In this document: positions 44,537 through 54,114 of the stretch, one piece after another
Layout of the letters: every line of letters begins with the position of its first letter
Numbering within the stretch: position 1 is the first letter of the stretch
The notes under the pieces: generated by a model
The model's database searches: none
What the model saw: the letters and a program-made list of their open reading frames with translations, nothing else
Told to the model about the DNA's origin: nothing
Source: Thermomicrobiales bacterium
GTDB taxonomy: Bacteria; Chloroflexota; Chloroflexia; Thermomicrobiales; UBA6265
Direction of reading: 5' to 3'
Assembly: GCA_050696075.1 (NCBI GenBank)
Contig: JBOGUF010000045.1
Span: 13,129-77,128, forward strand
DNA length: 64,000 bases
Made by a program: the position numbers and the translations under genes

Positions 44537-45919
44537 ATGAGCGACATTCCACTTATCACAAAAGTCTATTCCGGTATCTTGCTCCTGGTCACGGTCGTCG
44601 TCGTTGGTGGCACGGCCTGGCGTGGGAGCGAATGGTTCTCCCGCGACGATCTTCTGACTGCCGTGCTGCTGGCAGTCTTGATCGTCCTCGTCGAAACATT
44701 CGAGATCGAGTTCCCCCAGCCGAAGTTTCAAGTCTTCATTACGGTTGGCGCCATTCTCGCTTTTGCCTCAGGGCTCACGCTGGGACCAGTCCTCGGTGCC
44801 CTGGTCGTGATCGTCGCCGAACTGATCAGCGATACTTGGCAGCGGCTCGGCCTCATTCAGATCCTCGTCAACGCCTCCAACCTCGGATTGGCAACCTTTC
44901 TCGGCGCTCAGGTGTACGAATGGCTTGCCGCTGGTGCGTCGACGCCGCTGGATTCGGCACGCGCGTTGGGCGCAAGTGCGGTCGGCGCCATTGTCTACAC
45001 CATGGTCAATACTGGGGTACTGTCCGTCATCCTTTCCCCAGTCATCGGGGATTCCCCGCTCAGCGTTTGGAGGGCGAACTTTAGCGCGACCTATATCTTC
45101 CTGGTCCTGCCAACGCTGGGCAGCCTCGTGCCGGTTATCGACGACGTCAATCCATTCGGCATCCCCATTCTGCTTGTTCCCGTCATCGGTTCCCGGCTTG
45201 CTCAACGTGCGCTGCGCCAAGTTGCAGAAGAGTCTCAAGCCGCCATCGAGGGCCTTGCGGACGCCCTTGAGAAACGGGATCAATACACGCACCGTCACTC
45301 GATCCGGGTCGCCGAATACACGACGTCGATCCTCGCGGAGATGCCCCACATTCCGACCCTGACGCGCGAGACAATTATCAGCGCCGCGCGCATTCATGAC
45401 CTCGGCAAGGTCGGCACCGGGGATATTGCCCTTCGCAAGAACGGACCGCTGACCGATCAAGAGCGGCGAGAGATGCAACAGCACGCCGCCATTGGCGCGG
45501 ACATCATTGCCCGTCTCTCCTTTTATCAGCACAGTGTGCCGACTGTTCGACATCATCATGAACGGTGGAACGGTAGCGGCTATCCCAGCGGCTTGAGTGG
45601 CGAGAACATCCCGCTCGGCGCCCGAATCGTCGGCGTCGCGGACGCGTTCGACGCTATGACGTCGGACCGCCCGTACCGGCGGGCGATGGCGATTCCGGAT
45701 GCGTTGGCCGAACTCAAACGCAATAGCGGAATTCAGTTCGACCCCCAAATCGTCGAAGCATTCGTGCGCGCGATGACACAACCGCACCCGAACTCCGACC
45801 ACCCCGTACCATCCGACGCCGAAACTGCGGACGACGATCGCCCCCCGATCGCGGCGGTGTTTCGACGGATTCCTCGGCCGTTCACAAAGCGGGCCCACCG
45901 TCCCGCTTCCGCCGACTGA
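44537..45919 (+). CDS. membrane-bound HD-GYP domain protein (probable c-di-GMP phosphodiesterase)
   Basis: The N-terminal ~220 aa form a polytopic hydrophobic domain. HD-GYP motifs: HRHSIRVAEY, RIHDLGKVG, HHERWNGSGYPSGL and ADAFDAMTSDRPYR. Confidence 0.8.
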   Translation: MSDIPLITKVYSGILLLVTVVVVGGTAWRGSEWFSRDDLLTAVLLAVLIVLVETFEIEFPQPKFQVFITVGAILAFASGLTLGPVLGALVVIVAELISDTWQRLGLIQILVNASNLGLATFLGAQVYEWLAAGASTPLDSARALGASAVGAIVYTMVNTGVLSVILSPVIGDSPLSVWRANFSATYIFLVLPTLGSLVPVIDDVNPFGIPILLVPVIGSRLAQRALRQVAEESQAAIEGLADALEKRDQYTHRHSIRVAEYTTSILAEMPHIPTLTRETIISAARIHDLGKVGTGDIALRKNGPLTDQERREMQQHAAIGADIIARLSFYQHSVPTVRHHHERWNGSGYPSGLSGENIPLGARIVGVADAFDAMTSDRPYRRAMAIPDALAELKRNSGIQFDPQIVEAFVRAMTQPHPNSDHPVPSDAETADDDRPPIAAVFRRIPRPFTKRAHRPASAD

Positions 45920-46653
45920 TGTCGCGCGGGGCAATCACCTTCGACTTTCATGACACCATCGCTTGTTGCGACGCGTGGTTTGACTTGGAAGTGCACCACC
46001 TCCTCAGCGCATTCTTCGCATGGCGTGAGCGCAAGACTGGAACCGCGGTGGAGTCCTCGATTGCAACCGCGGCCGACGCTGCCTACCGGCGTTTTCGCAC
46101 GGCCATCCATCGACACGGCCACGAGCTCCCGGCCACGCGATCGGTCATCGTCGTGATGGAATCACTGGGTATGAGCATCAATCCAGACGAAGTCGACCTC
46201 GGCGTCGAAGAGATCATGCGAGTCGCGTTTGAATGCGTTTCGCCCGATGAAGGTGCGATCGAGACATTTCATGAACTTGCCGCGGTGGGTATTCCTCTCG
46301 GCATTGTCTCGAGCGCCGCCTATCATCCGTTCTTACCGTGGACCCTAGAGCGCTTTGGTCTCAACCGCACGTTCCGAGCGGTGACAACGTCGGCGTCTGC
46401 TGGGTTCTACAGATCGAGACCGGAGATTTTCTGGCAAACGCTCAATCTCTTAGGCGCCGAACCACGCTTGAGCGCCCACATCGGTGACTCGCTGCGATTC
46501 GACGTCGGCGGAGCTCGCCGGGCCGGCCTTCGCACCGCCTGGTACAACAGCAGGGTAGCGCCCAGTGACGGGTCGCGGCCCGACCTAACGGTCACGTCGA
46601 TGCGGGGCGTCGCACCGCAACTCCTTGACCTGCTCAATGGCCACCGAAGATGA
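45919..46653 (+). CDS. HAD-superfamily hydrolase (subfamily IA-like)
   Basis: Motif I-like ITFDFHDTI, and motif IV-like [17 protein letters not shown]. It is translationally coupled on both sides. Confidence 0.6.
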   Translation: MSRGAITFDFHDTIACCDAWFDLEVHHLLSAFFAWRERKTGTAVESSIATAADAAYRRFRTAIHRHGHELPATRSVIVVMESLGMSINPDEVDLGVEEIMRVAFECVSPDEGAIETFHELAAVGIPLGIVSSAAYHPFLPWTLERFGLNRTFRAVTTSASAGFYRSRPEIFWQTLNLLGAEPRLSAHIGDSLRFDVGGARRAGLRTAWYNSRVAPSDGSRPDLTVTSMRGVAPQLLDLLNGHRR

Positions 46654-47462
46654 TCGAACCGACATCCAACGAATCGCCAGGACAGCAATCGAATCGCGCC
46701 GCGCGTATCCGCTTCGACGTGTTCACACTCTTTCCGGGCATGTTTAGCGGCCCACTCGACGAGAGCATCATCAAGCGAGCACGCGAACGGAGTCTCCTCG
46801 AGGTTGAGCTCCACGACATTCGCCATTGGACCACTGACCGCCATCGCACGGTTGACGACACGCCATACGGTGGTGGCGCCGGCATGGTGCTTATGGCGCC
46901 CCCAATAGTCCACGCGGTCGAAGCGGTGCTCAGAAGCGAACTGCACACGCCAGAAACGAAGGTCGTGATCCTCTCACCGGCCGGACGGGTTTTTGATCAG
47001 CACGTGGCGGCTGAGTTGGCAGGCATGCCCAGAATCGCCCTGATCTGTGGTCGCTACGAGGGTATTGACGATCGCGTCCGCGAGGTGTTGGGAGCGGAAG
47101 AGCTTTCCATCGGCGACTACGTGCTGACCGGTGGCGAACTCGCGGCGATGGTCGTGCTCGACGCCGTGACGCGGCTCGTTCCCGGTGTCATCGCCGAGGC
47201 GTCAATCGGCGACGAGTCCCACGGCAACGTCCTCGTCGAATACCCGCACTACACCCGTCCCCTCAATTTCCGGGGCCTTCACGTGCCCGACGTCCTTCTC
47301 AGCGGTCATCACGCGCAGATCAAACAGTGGCGCCGCGAGCAAGCATTGCGTCGAACTCGTGAGCAACGGCCGGATCTCCTCAATTGGGCACGGCAGCCTG
47401 AACTCGACATACCCTCAAATGAAGCGACGTCAGCGCACGAAGATGAACCAGGGACTTCCTAG
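46650..47462 (+). CDS. trmD: tRNA (guanine37-N1)-methyltransferase
   Basis: [38 protein letters not shown] and [13 protein letters not shown]. Confidence 0.9.
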   Translation: MIEPTSNESPGQQSNRAARIRFDVFTLFPGMFSGPLDESIIKRARERSLLEVELHDIRHWTTDRHRTVDDTPYGGGAGMVLMAPPIVHAVEAVLRSELHTPETKVVILSPAGRVFDQHVAAELAGMPRIALICGRYEGIDDRVREVLGAEELSIGDYVLTGGELAAMVVLDAVTRLVPGVIAEASIGDESHGNVLVEYPHYTRPLNFRGLHVPDVLLSGHHAQIKQWRREQALRRTREQRPDLLNWARQPELDIPSNEATSAHEDEPGTS

Positions 47463-48280
47463 GTCAATCTCGCCGCGGCTTCATCCGGACGAGAGACCGC
47501 CTGGAGCTGATGCCAGATGCGCAAGCTCGTCAATTCGCGCTCGGTCACATGCCGCAGATAGCTGCCGAGCGCATCCTCAAGTTCTTGCCGCAACGAGCGA
47601 TCGAGTCGCAGGCGGACGGCAGCAGCAAGCCCTTGGCGATCGAGGGTTCGCAGGTATTTCTGGGCGTTGATCGACAAGAGACTAGCGGTGGTGTCACGAG
47701 TGCGGCAACGTTCGCAAAGCAACCCTCCTAATCGTGGACTGAGGGGATTCGCCGTCGCCTCGATGCCGCCCTCGCAGCCGACACACCGGTAGATCTCAGG
47801 CCGGAAGCCCAGAATTGCGAGTAACGCGAGCTCGAAGTGACGAGTCACCGCGAACGGATCGACTTCATCGCACAGCAATCGCAACGAGCGGGAAAGCAAG
47901 TCGTAGAGGGCCTGGGATTCTTGTCGCTCTTCCGTCAGGCGATTGACGAGTTCGGCCATGTGGGACGCATGCCCAAATGCGTCGAGATCAGTCCGCAACG
48001 GCAAATGCGGGTCAAGCGTCTCCGCTCCGGTGACAACGTCGAGGTCCCGGCCCTTCGCGAGCATTAGTGCGCATCGGCTGAAGTATTCGAGGTGCGGTCC
48101 CAGCCGGCTGGTTGGTCGTCGTACTCCCTTTCCGATCAGCCGCAGCTTTCCCCGTGTTGCCGTGAAGACCGAAAAGATACGATCCGCTTCGCCGAAATCG
48201 GTCCGGCTGAGGACGATTGCTTCTGTTCGATAGAGCCGGTCTTGCAATGAGGTTGAGGCCACCGTCAGTCCTTCCAGCAA
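47459..48280 (-). CDS. recO: DNA repair protein RecO
   Basis: The N-terminal OB fold [40 protein letters not shown], and the zinc motif CVGCEG...CERC. Confidence 0.85.
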   Translation of the reverse strand: MLEGLTVASTSLQDRLYRTEAIVLSRTDFGEADRIFSVFTATRGKLRLIGKGVRRPTSRLGPHLEYFSRCALMLAKGRDLDVVTGAETLDPHLPLRTDLDAFGHASHMAELVNRLTEERQESQALYDLLSRSLRLLCDEVDPFAVTRHFELALLAILGFRPEIYRCVGCEGGIEATANPLSPRLGGLLCERCRTRDTTASLLSINAQKYLRTLDRQGLAAAVRLRLDRSLRQELEDALGSYLRHVTERELTSLRIWHQLQAVSRPDEAAARLT

Positions 48281-48356
48281 CGTCGCACGTTATGCTGAAT
48301 ATACTACGGTAAGATGTGTGCGGCAGGAGTGCCGATTCCATCGTGACGCCGACAAA

Positions 48357-48386
48357 TTGACATACTTTTGCGGCCGGTGGTAGGTT
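48357..48386 (+). promoter_or_regulatory. candidate promoter (TTGACA-18-TAGGTT) giving a leaderless or near-leaderless ccdA mRNA
   Basis: TTGACA is at 48357-48362, followed by an 18-nt spacer and TAGGTT at 48381-48386. Only 6 nt separate the -10 box from the ccdA ATG (48393), and there is no SD. Confidence 0.35.
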
Positions 48387-48392
48387 TCGGCC

Positions 48393-49142
48393 ATGATGCC
48401 TGATGTCTCCATCATCGCTGCTTTCGTCGCTGGGATCCTCTCGATCTCTTCACCGTGCGTGTTGCCGCTTGTTCCCCTGTATCTTGCCCACCTAGCCGGG
48501 GTATCGATCGGCGATGCCGGGCCGCGAGCGCGTGGCCGCGTACTCGTCAACGCGGGTGCGTATGTGCTCGGCTTCTCGGTCGTCTTTATCGCGCTCGGAG
48601 TGGCGCTGGGCGCTGCGGGCTCGTTGGCGTCAACCGCGTCCGTGGTCTCCGAAAATCGCTTCTGGTTGGTACGGCTCGGCGGCGCGCTGTTGATTCTCCT
48701 CGGCCTGCATCAGGTCGGCCTCATCACGCTTCCATATCTCAACCGGGAGCGACGGCTTTCGGTGAACAGTCCACCGACTCGTCACCTCGGGTCCTCGTTC
48801 ATGATAGGCGTCACATTCGGCGCGGGCTGGTCGCCATGTGTCGGGCCGATCCTAGGCGCAATCTTGACGATGGCGGCGGGTCAGGGCGACATCAATCGGG
48901 CAGCCGTTCTGCTCTCCGTCTACTCGCTCGGGTTGAGTGTGCCATTCTTAGTGGCGGCGTTCGCCTTTGGCTCCTCGCCAAGCATCATTCGCCGGCTGAA
49001 CGGTCGGCTGCAGACGGTGACAAGTATGAGCGGCGCGGTCATGCTGGCCGTCGGCATGATCATGGTGCTCGGCATCTACCAGCAGTTCTTCGCGGAGCTG
49101 GTGCGCATCGCTCCCTGGACACCCTGGGAACCGGAACTGTGA
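48393..49142 (+). CDS. ccdA: cytochrome c biogenesis thiol-disulfide transporter CcdA (DsbD family)
   Basis: A polytopic protein. SPCVLPLVPLYLAHLAG and GWSPCVGPILGAILTMA are the two conserved Cys-containing motifs. Confidence 0.85.
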   Translation: MMPDVSIIAAFVAGILSISSPCVLPLVPLYLAHLAGVSIGDAGPRARGRVLVNAGAYVLGFSVVFIALGVALGAAGSLASTASVVSENRFWLVRLGGALLILLGLHQVGLITLPYLNRERRLSVNSPPTRHLGSSFMIGVTFGAGWSPCVGPILGAILTMAAGQGDINRAAVLLSVYSLGLSVPFLVAAFAFGSSPSIIRRLNGRLQTVTSMSGAVMLAVGMIMVLGIYQQFFAELVRIAPWTPWEPEL

Positions 49143-50677
49143 GAAGTGCCGCCATTTGGTCTCGTGCTCTGACGGGAAAGGGAAAGACTCCGTTGGCCCA
49201 GGCGACTATCCAACAACGGACAGCCCGCCGATCGCCCGTCGAGTTTGTCGTCGATCGCATCTGGCGGTTCTTCTGCTCGGTGCGGGCCGCGGCCTACGAG
49301 ATCGCTATCCTCGCGGTGATGGTGCTCATCGGTACGCTGCGCGGCAGCGATGCCCCACAATGGTTGGCCGATGCGCTTCCCGTCTCGCAACCGATCGTTG
49401 ACGAGTGGTACGCTTTCGACATCTTCCATTCGCTGCCGTTCATGCTCATTCTCGGTATGCTCGCGGTGGCGATCACCGTCTGCACGATCAACCGTGCCCC
49501 AGCAATCTGGCGCGCGATCACCGCTCCAAAGGTTGCCACCACCCGTGGCTTTTTGCGCAACGCGGACGTCTCCGCCTCGTTCCAAACTCCGTTACCGAAA
49601 GCGATGCTACTTGATCAGCTCACCTCAACCCTTGGACGGCAGCGTTACCGCGTCTTGATCGAAGCGCGGGGAAACGACGTTCACCTCTACGCCGACAAGA
49701 ACCGATACGCCAAGCTCGGCACCTTTCCCTTTCATCTGGCGCTGATTCTGATCCTGGTCGGCGGTATCGTCGGCGCGCGCTACGGGTTCCGCGAGACGGA
49801 GTTTATCATCCCGGAGGGATCGGTCCGCGAGGTCGGACACGGAAGCGATCTCAGCGTCGGGCTCGAACGATTTACTGACTCCTACGATGAAACCGGCGTG
49901 CCGACTGAATATCGTAGCGATCTCGTGATCTATGAGGACGACAAGCCAGTCAAGACCGGGTCGGCGAGGGTCAATCACCCCCTCACCTACGACAGCTTCA
50001 CCTTTTACCAGACCAGCTTCGGCCAGGCGGTGACCCTGCGCGTCTCCGATGGTGACGGGCGCGTCGTCTACGATGACTCGATCGCCCTCGGCATCTACCG
50101 TTCGCGCACGAATCCTGACGCGCCCGCGGGCATCCTCGATCTCCCCGAACTCGAAATGCGCCTGCACGTTATCGCGCCAGACGTCAATCGCGCCAATCAG
50201 CCAGAACTGGATGATCTCCAGTTGGCGAGCGGTCAGATGCTCATTCAAGCGCGTCCGCTCAACGCCGACGGATCGGCCGAGATGTCGAGCCAGGTCGTCT
50301 GGCAGGGTGAGTCGGCAACCTTCGGCGACGTGAGCGTCCAGTTTGTGCGGGAACGCCAGTTCACCCTACTTCAGGTGGCGAGCAATCCGGGCATTCCGAT
50401 CTTCATTGCGGCCGCCTTGCTACTGGTCGGCGGTCTGTCGATCACGTTTTACTTTCCGCACCGCCGAATTCGTGGCATCGTCTCTGGATCGGCTGGAGAC
50501 GCGAGCGCTCAGCTTGCTCCATTGGTCAAACGAGACTGGAGCGGGCGCCGCGACTTCGATCGATTAGTCGAGCACCTTGAACGACAACTGGACGTCAAGG
50601 CGCTTGTGCGGACGAACGATGAGGAGAAGCCCGTCGGAGCGCCCGCCGTCGCGGACCGTCCAGGGGCGACGACGTGA
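49139..50677 (+). CDS. resB: cytochrome c biogenesis protein ResB/Ccs1
   Basis: GTG 49139 overlaps the ccdA stop (GTGA). The N-terminus reads VVDRIWRFFCSVRAAAYEIAILAVMVLIGTL. A large extracytoplasmic middle region is followed by the C-terminal TM span GIPIFIAAALLLVGGLSITFYFPHRR. The upstream 228 codons of the track ORF (48455-) overlap ccdA in another frame and are not protein-like. Confidence 0.8.
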   Translation: MRSAAIWSRALTGKGKTPLAQATIQQRTARRSPVEFVVDRIWRFFCSVRAAAYEIAILAVMVLIGTLRGSDAPQWLADALPVSQPIVDEWYAFDIFHSLPFMLILGMLAVAITVCTINRAPAIWRAITAPKVATTRGFLRNADVSASFQTPLPKAMLLDQLTSTLGRQRYRVLIEARGNDVHLYADKNRYAKLGTFPFHLALILILVGGIVGARYGFRETEFIIPEGSVREVGHGSDLSVGLERFTDSYDETGVPTEYRSDLVIYEDDKPVKTGSARVNHPLTYDSFTFYQTSFGQAVTLRVSDGDGRVVYDDSIALGIYRSRTNPDAPAGILDLPELEMRLHVIAPDVNRANQPELDDLQLASGQMLIQARPLNADGSAEMSSQVVWQGESATFGDVSVQFVRERQFTLLQVASNPGIPIFIAAALLLVGGLSITFYFPHRRIRGIVSGSAGDASAQLAPLVKRDWSGRRDFDRLVEHLERQLDVKALVRTNDEEKPVGAPAVADRPGATT

Positions 50678-50745
50678 TGCGACATCGAATAGAGTTCGCT
50701 CGAGCCCGTCGGCAGAGCTGACTCGCTCCGGAGAGGAGGATACCC

Positions 50746-51648
50746 ATGGACGGGCTGGTCAAGCTTTCCTTCTATTGCTTCACCGCCGCCAGCATCTCAC
50801 TCGTCGCGGCCGCGGCCTGCTATGTGGTTTTTGCCGTCGGCCGAATTCGCGTGCGGCGAACGGTCTTGGCCACGACCGCCGGCACGACGATGAGTAGTTC
50901 GTCCGCTGAGTTCGGACCCGGTTCGCTTGCGGCGAGTCGGTTTGCGACGATGCTCGCCTGGTTCGGTGTCGTCTTTCAGGCACTGGCCGTGCTGCTCCGT
51001 GTCATCGCGGCGGACCGCGGTCCGTACAGCAATATGTACGAGTTCTCCCTTGCCTTCGTCCTCGCCGTGACCGTGATTTACCTCATCTTCGAGCGTATGT
51101 ACGACGCGAAACAGCTCGGGGCGATTGTGTTGCCGATCGCGGTTGGTATGATGCTGTACATCTGGAGCCTGCCGGCGAGCATGCGCGAGGTCGATTCCCT
51201 TAATCCCGCCCTCCAGAATCAGCCGATGATGACGGCACACGTGTCGATGGCGATTCTGGCGTATGCCACGTTCGCGGTCGCCTTTGCCGCCTCGATCCTC
51301 TACCTCGTCGCCGTTCGGCGGCGCATTGCGTGGCTGCCGAGCCCGGACATGCTGGATGACATCGGCTACCGCGCCGTTACCTTTGGCTTCCCGCTGCTCG
51401 CCCTGGCGGTAATTCTCGGATCAGTTTGGGCACACGATGCGTGGGGCGCCTATTGGTCCTGGGACCCGAAAGAGACGGCGGCGCTCTTTACCTGGCTGAT
51501 CTATGGCGTCTACCTGCACACGCGCTCGCTCCGAGGTTGGCGCGGCAGTCGCAGCGCGATCATCCTCATCTTGGGATTCGCGGCCGTGATCTTCACCTAC
51601 TACGGCAACTACTTCTTTGGCGGCATGCACGCCTACGGCGGCGTGTAA
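50746..51648 (+). CDS. ccsA: cytochrome c-type biogenesis protein CcsA/ResC
   Basis: The WWD haem-handling motif is WGAYWSWDPKETAAL. The protein is polytopic. Confidence 0.85.
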   Translation: MDGLVKLSFYCFTAASISLVAAAACYVVFAVGRIRVRRTVLATTAGTTMSSSSAEFGPGSLAASRFATMLAWFGVVFQALAVLLRVIAADRGPYSNMYEFSLAFVLAVTVIYLIFERMYDAKQLGAIVLPIAVGMMLYIWSLPASMREVDSLNPALQNQPMMTAHVSMAILAYATFAVAFAASILYLVAVRRRIAWLPSPDMLDDIGYRAVTFGFPLLALAVILGSVWAHDAWGAYWSWDPKETAALFTWLIYGVYLHTRSLRGWRGSRSAIILILGFAAVIFTYYGNYFFGGMHAYGGV

Positions 51649-51659
51649 TACGGCGGTCG

Positions 51660-52286
51660 ATGCCCATGCCGACTTCTGCTTCGTCCATCCATCCGGATCC
51701 GCAACCGACTGATCCCGCGGCTAATTCGGCATCTCGGCGAATGCATTTCGTGTTGAGTATCTCCGTCGCGGCAGCAATCGTTCTTGCCGCCTGGTTTATC
51801 GGTGGACGGCAAGGGTTCGATCAGATCGGCTCAGGGGGAGTCAACCAAGAGCTTCTGCCAAAGGTCGGAGAGGTCGCCCCTGATTTCACGGTCTACGATC
51901 TGAATGGTCGCCCAGTTTCCTTGTCCGAGTTTCGTGGCCAGCCGGTGTGGCTAAACTTCTGGGGATCGTGGTGCGCCCCCTGCCGCTCGGAAATGCCCGA
52001 GATCCAAAGGGCCTACGAACAGTTGGCTCCTCAAGGGCTGGTCCTGCTCGCCATTAGCATGCGTGAGTCGCCGGACGAGGCCGCGGCCTTCGCCGCGCGG
52101 AACGACGTAACCTTTACGATCTTAACCGATCAGTACGAACAGGCGACTGGCGTGGATTACGCCTTGGTCAACTTCCCCACCCACATCTTCATCGACCGCC
52201 AAGGCAGGGTCCACACGATCGTCCTCGCCGAGATGGACGCCGAGACGGCACTCGATCACGGGCGGGCGCTTATCGCGGCTAGCTAA
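51660..52286 (+). CDS. TlpA/ResA-family thiol-disulfide oxidoreductase
   Basis: WLNFWGSWCAPCRSEMPE carries the CxxC motif, and there is an N-terminal TM anchor. I prefer ATG 51660; the track ORF starts at 51426, inside ccsA. Confidence 0.8.
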   Translation: MPMPTSASSIHPDPQPTDPAANSASRRMHFVLSISVAAAIVLAAWFIGGRQGFDQIGSGGVNQELLPKVGEVAPDFTVYDLNGRPVSLSEFRGQPVWLNFWGSWCAPCRSEMPEIQRAYEQLAPQGLVLLAISMRESPDEAAAFAARNDVTFTILTDQYEQATGVDYALVNFPTHIFIDRQGRVHTIVLAEMDAETALDHGRALIAAS

Positions 52287-52443
52287 GCCAACGCGCCACC
52301 GATCGTCCTGCACCGCCGGTACGCGTCGTGCGAGCATAGGAAGGTCATTGCGACATCATTCGCGACTCACGTACACTCGAACCACCACATGCGTTTCCCG
52401 CTAGCCGAGGCAGCGGCGCCGCGACTATTCTTGGGACACGACT

Positions 52444-53133
52444 GTGAGCATGGACGCTCGGCCCAACACAACCACCATCGACGCCACCACATCGATGCAG
52501 CCTGCAATCGACGTGCGGACGGTGCTCTTCACCGTGGCGGACGGGACGCTGCTGATCGCCCTCGAGACGCGGCACGACGACCGCCGCCTGCCACAAGGCA
52601 TTCCGTGGCCCTCCGAGTCGATCGACGCCGCCGCCAAACGCATCGTCCGGGACACCACTGGCGTCCATGAGCAGTATCTCGAACAGCTCTACACGCTCAG
52701 CGTGCGCGACGAGCAGCGATGGAAGGTGATCATCAGCTACGTCGCGTTGATCGCCTCCCATCAAGCGCCAACGCTGACGGACGGCGCGGTCTGGTGCGAT
52801 GTCCTTTCGTTGCCGACCTTGTCGACCGCGGATCGCCTCGTTGTCGAATACGCGCTCGTCCGCCTTCGCGCCAAACTCGGCTACACCAACGTTGCGTTCC
52901 ATCTCTTACCAGAGACCTTTACTCTCACCGAGCTCCAAAGCGCATACGAGACGATCCTTGGGCGCCCGCTCGACAAACGCAACTTTCGCCGGCGAGTTAT
53001 TGCGTCCGGGATTCTCAAGAGTACGCCAGATAAGCGACGGGATGGCAGCCATCGGCCGGCCGCTCTGTACCGGTTCCACGCCGAACACGATCCAGCGACG
53101 TATCTGACACCAACGTGGGCCGGGGATGCCTAG
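52444..53133 (+). CDS. NrtR-like regulator (degenerate Nudix domain plus C-terminal wHTH)
   Basis: The Nudix box is degenerate: GIPWPSESIDAAAKRIVRDTTGV, where REx2EE reads RIVRDT. The C-terminal YALVRLRAKLGYTNVAFHLLPETFTLTELQSAYETILGRPLDKRNFRRRV is typical of NrtR wHTH domains. Confidence 0.6.
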   Translation: MSMDARPNTTTIDATTSMQPAIDVRTVLFTVADGTLLIALETRHDDRRLPQGIPWPSESIDAAAKRIVRDTTGVHEQYLEQLYTLSVRDEQRWKVIISYVALIASHQAPTLTDGAVWCDVLSLPTLSTADRLVVEYALVRLRAKLGYTNVAFHLLPETFTLTELQSAYETILGRPLDKRNFRRRVIASGILKSTPDKRRDGSHRPAALYRFHAEHDPATYLTPTWAGDA

Positions 53134-53193
53134 ACGCGTCGTGGCGCTCGGCCTTTGATCCTAAGTTGCTGCTGCTAGAACTCGGAGATCGCT

Positions 53194-54066
53194 GTGCCAT
53201 CACGATTCGGACTGGTTGCCGCGCTGAGCAAGGACGAAGCCGCTACCCTTGGCGCCGAGATTGAAGCCTGGTTGACGGAACGCGGCTGCACCGTCGTTCC
53301 AGAGGCGCGGCTCGTTGGCCAAGAGCTCGAAACCGTCGACGCCATCATCGTGCTCGGTGGCGATGGCTTGATGATGCGCGCGGCCAATGCTTATCCGGAC
53401 GTGCCGCTCCTCGGCATCAATTTTGGCAAGGTCGGCTTCTTGGCTCTGGTGGAACGACGAGCATGGCGGGAGGCAATGAGCTCGTTGCTCGCGGGCGAAT
53501 ATGCCATCCAAGAGGGCTCGACGTTGGCGGCCTCCATCATGCGTGCGGACGAGGAAACCTCGGCGGGCTGGTCAATCAATGACGTCGTGATCCGCGGCGG
53601 CGTGCGCATGATCGACGTCGAGGTCTACATTGATGGCCATTACGTGAACACCTATCCCGGCGACGGTATGATCGTCGCGACGCCCCGAGGGAGTACCGCC
53701 TATTGCATGGCCGCTGGCGGACCGATCCTCACCGCGGGCGTTCGAGGCTTCGCGATCGTTCCCATATCGTGTCACTCGCCGATCCGGACGCCGTTCGTCG
53801 TGTCGGAATCGGCACTGATCGAACTCTTGGTGGCGAATCGGCACGATGCGTCGCTCATTCTGGACGGCAGGCCGGTTGCTGATCTGGCGTTCAACGACGT
53901 CGTCAAGGTACGGCGGGGCCTACACAGCTTTCGTTTGATCTCCCTCGGCAACACCAACTTCTACGAGGCATTTCGTACGAAGTTCAATTTCCAGATTCGA
54001 CCGGATGCGGTGCCAACGCGACGGCTGCAACGCGATTCGCCCTCGCTGACGTCCAGCGAAGGATAA
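53194..54066 (+). CDS. nadK: NAD(+) kinase
   Basis: GTG start. VLGGDGLMMRAA (GGDG motif), GINFGKVGFL, and ATPRGSTAYCMAAGGPIL. Confidence 0.85.
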   Translation: MPSRFGLVAALSKDEAATLGAEIEAWLTERGCTVVPEARLVGQELETVDAIIVLGGDGLMMRAANAYPDVPLLGINFGKVGFLALVERRAWREAMSSLLAGEYAIQEGSTLAASIMRADEETSAGWSINDVVIRGGVRMIDVEVYIDGHYVNTYPGDGMIVATPRGSTAYCMAAGGPILTAGVRGFAIVPISCHSPIRTPFVVSESALIELLVANRHDASLILDGRPVADLAFNDVVKVRRGLHSFRLISLGNTNFYEAFRTKFNFQIRPDAVPTRRLQRDSPSLTSSEG

Positions 54067-54089
54067 AGGCGGGCCGTTAGCCCGCCTTT
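54065..54089. terminator. bidirectional intrinsic terminator between nadK and the convergent zinc-ribbon gene
   Basis: AAAGGCGGGC-cgtta-GCCCGCCTTT forms a perfect 10-bp stem, with A/T tracts on both sides. Confidence 0.7.
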
Positions 54090-54114
54090 CCATGCCAGGT
54101 GAGAACGTCGGGCA

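Noticed and set aside
48455-49138. N-terminal 228 codons of the 740-aa resB ORF, and similarly 51426-51659 of the tlpA-like ORF.
   Set aside because: They overlap ccdA and ccsA in other frames with non-protein-like sequence. Internal starts (GTG 49139 overlapping the ccdA stop, and ATG 51660) give family-typical N-termini.
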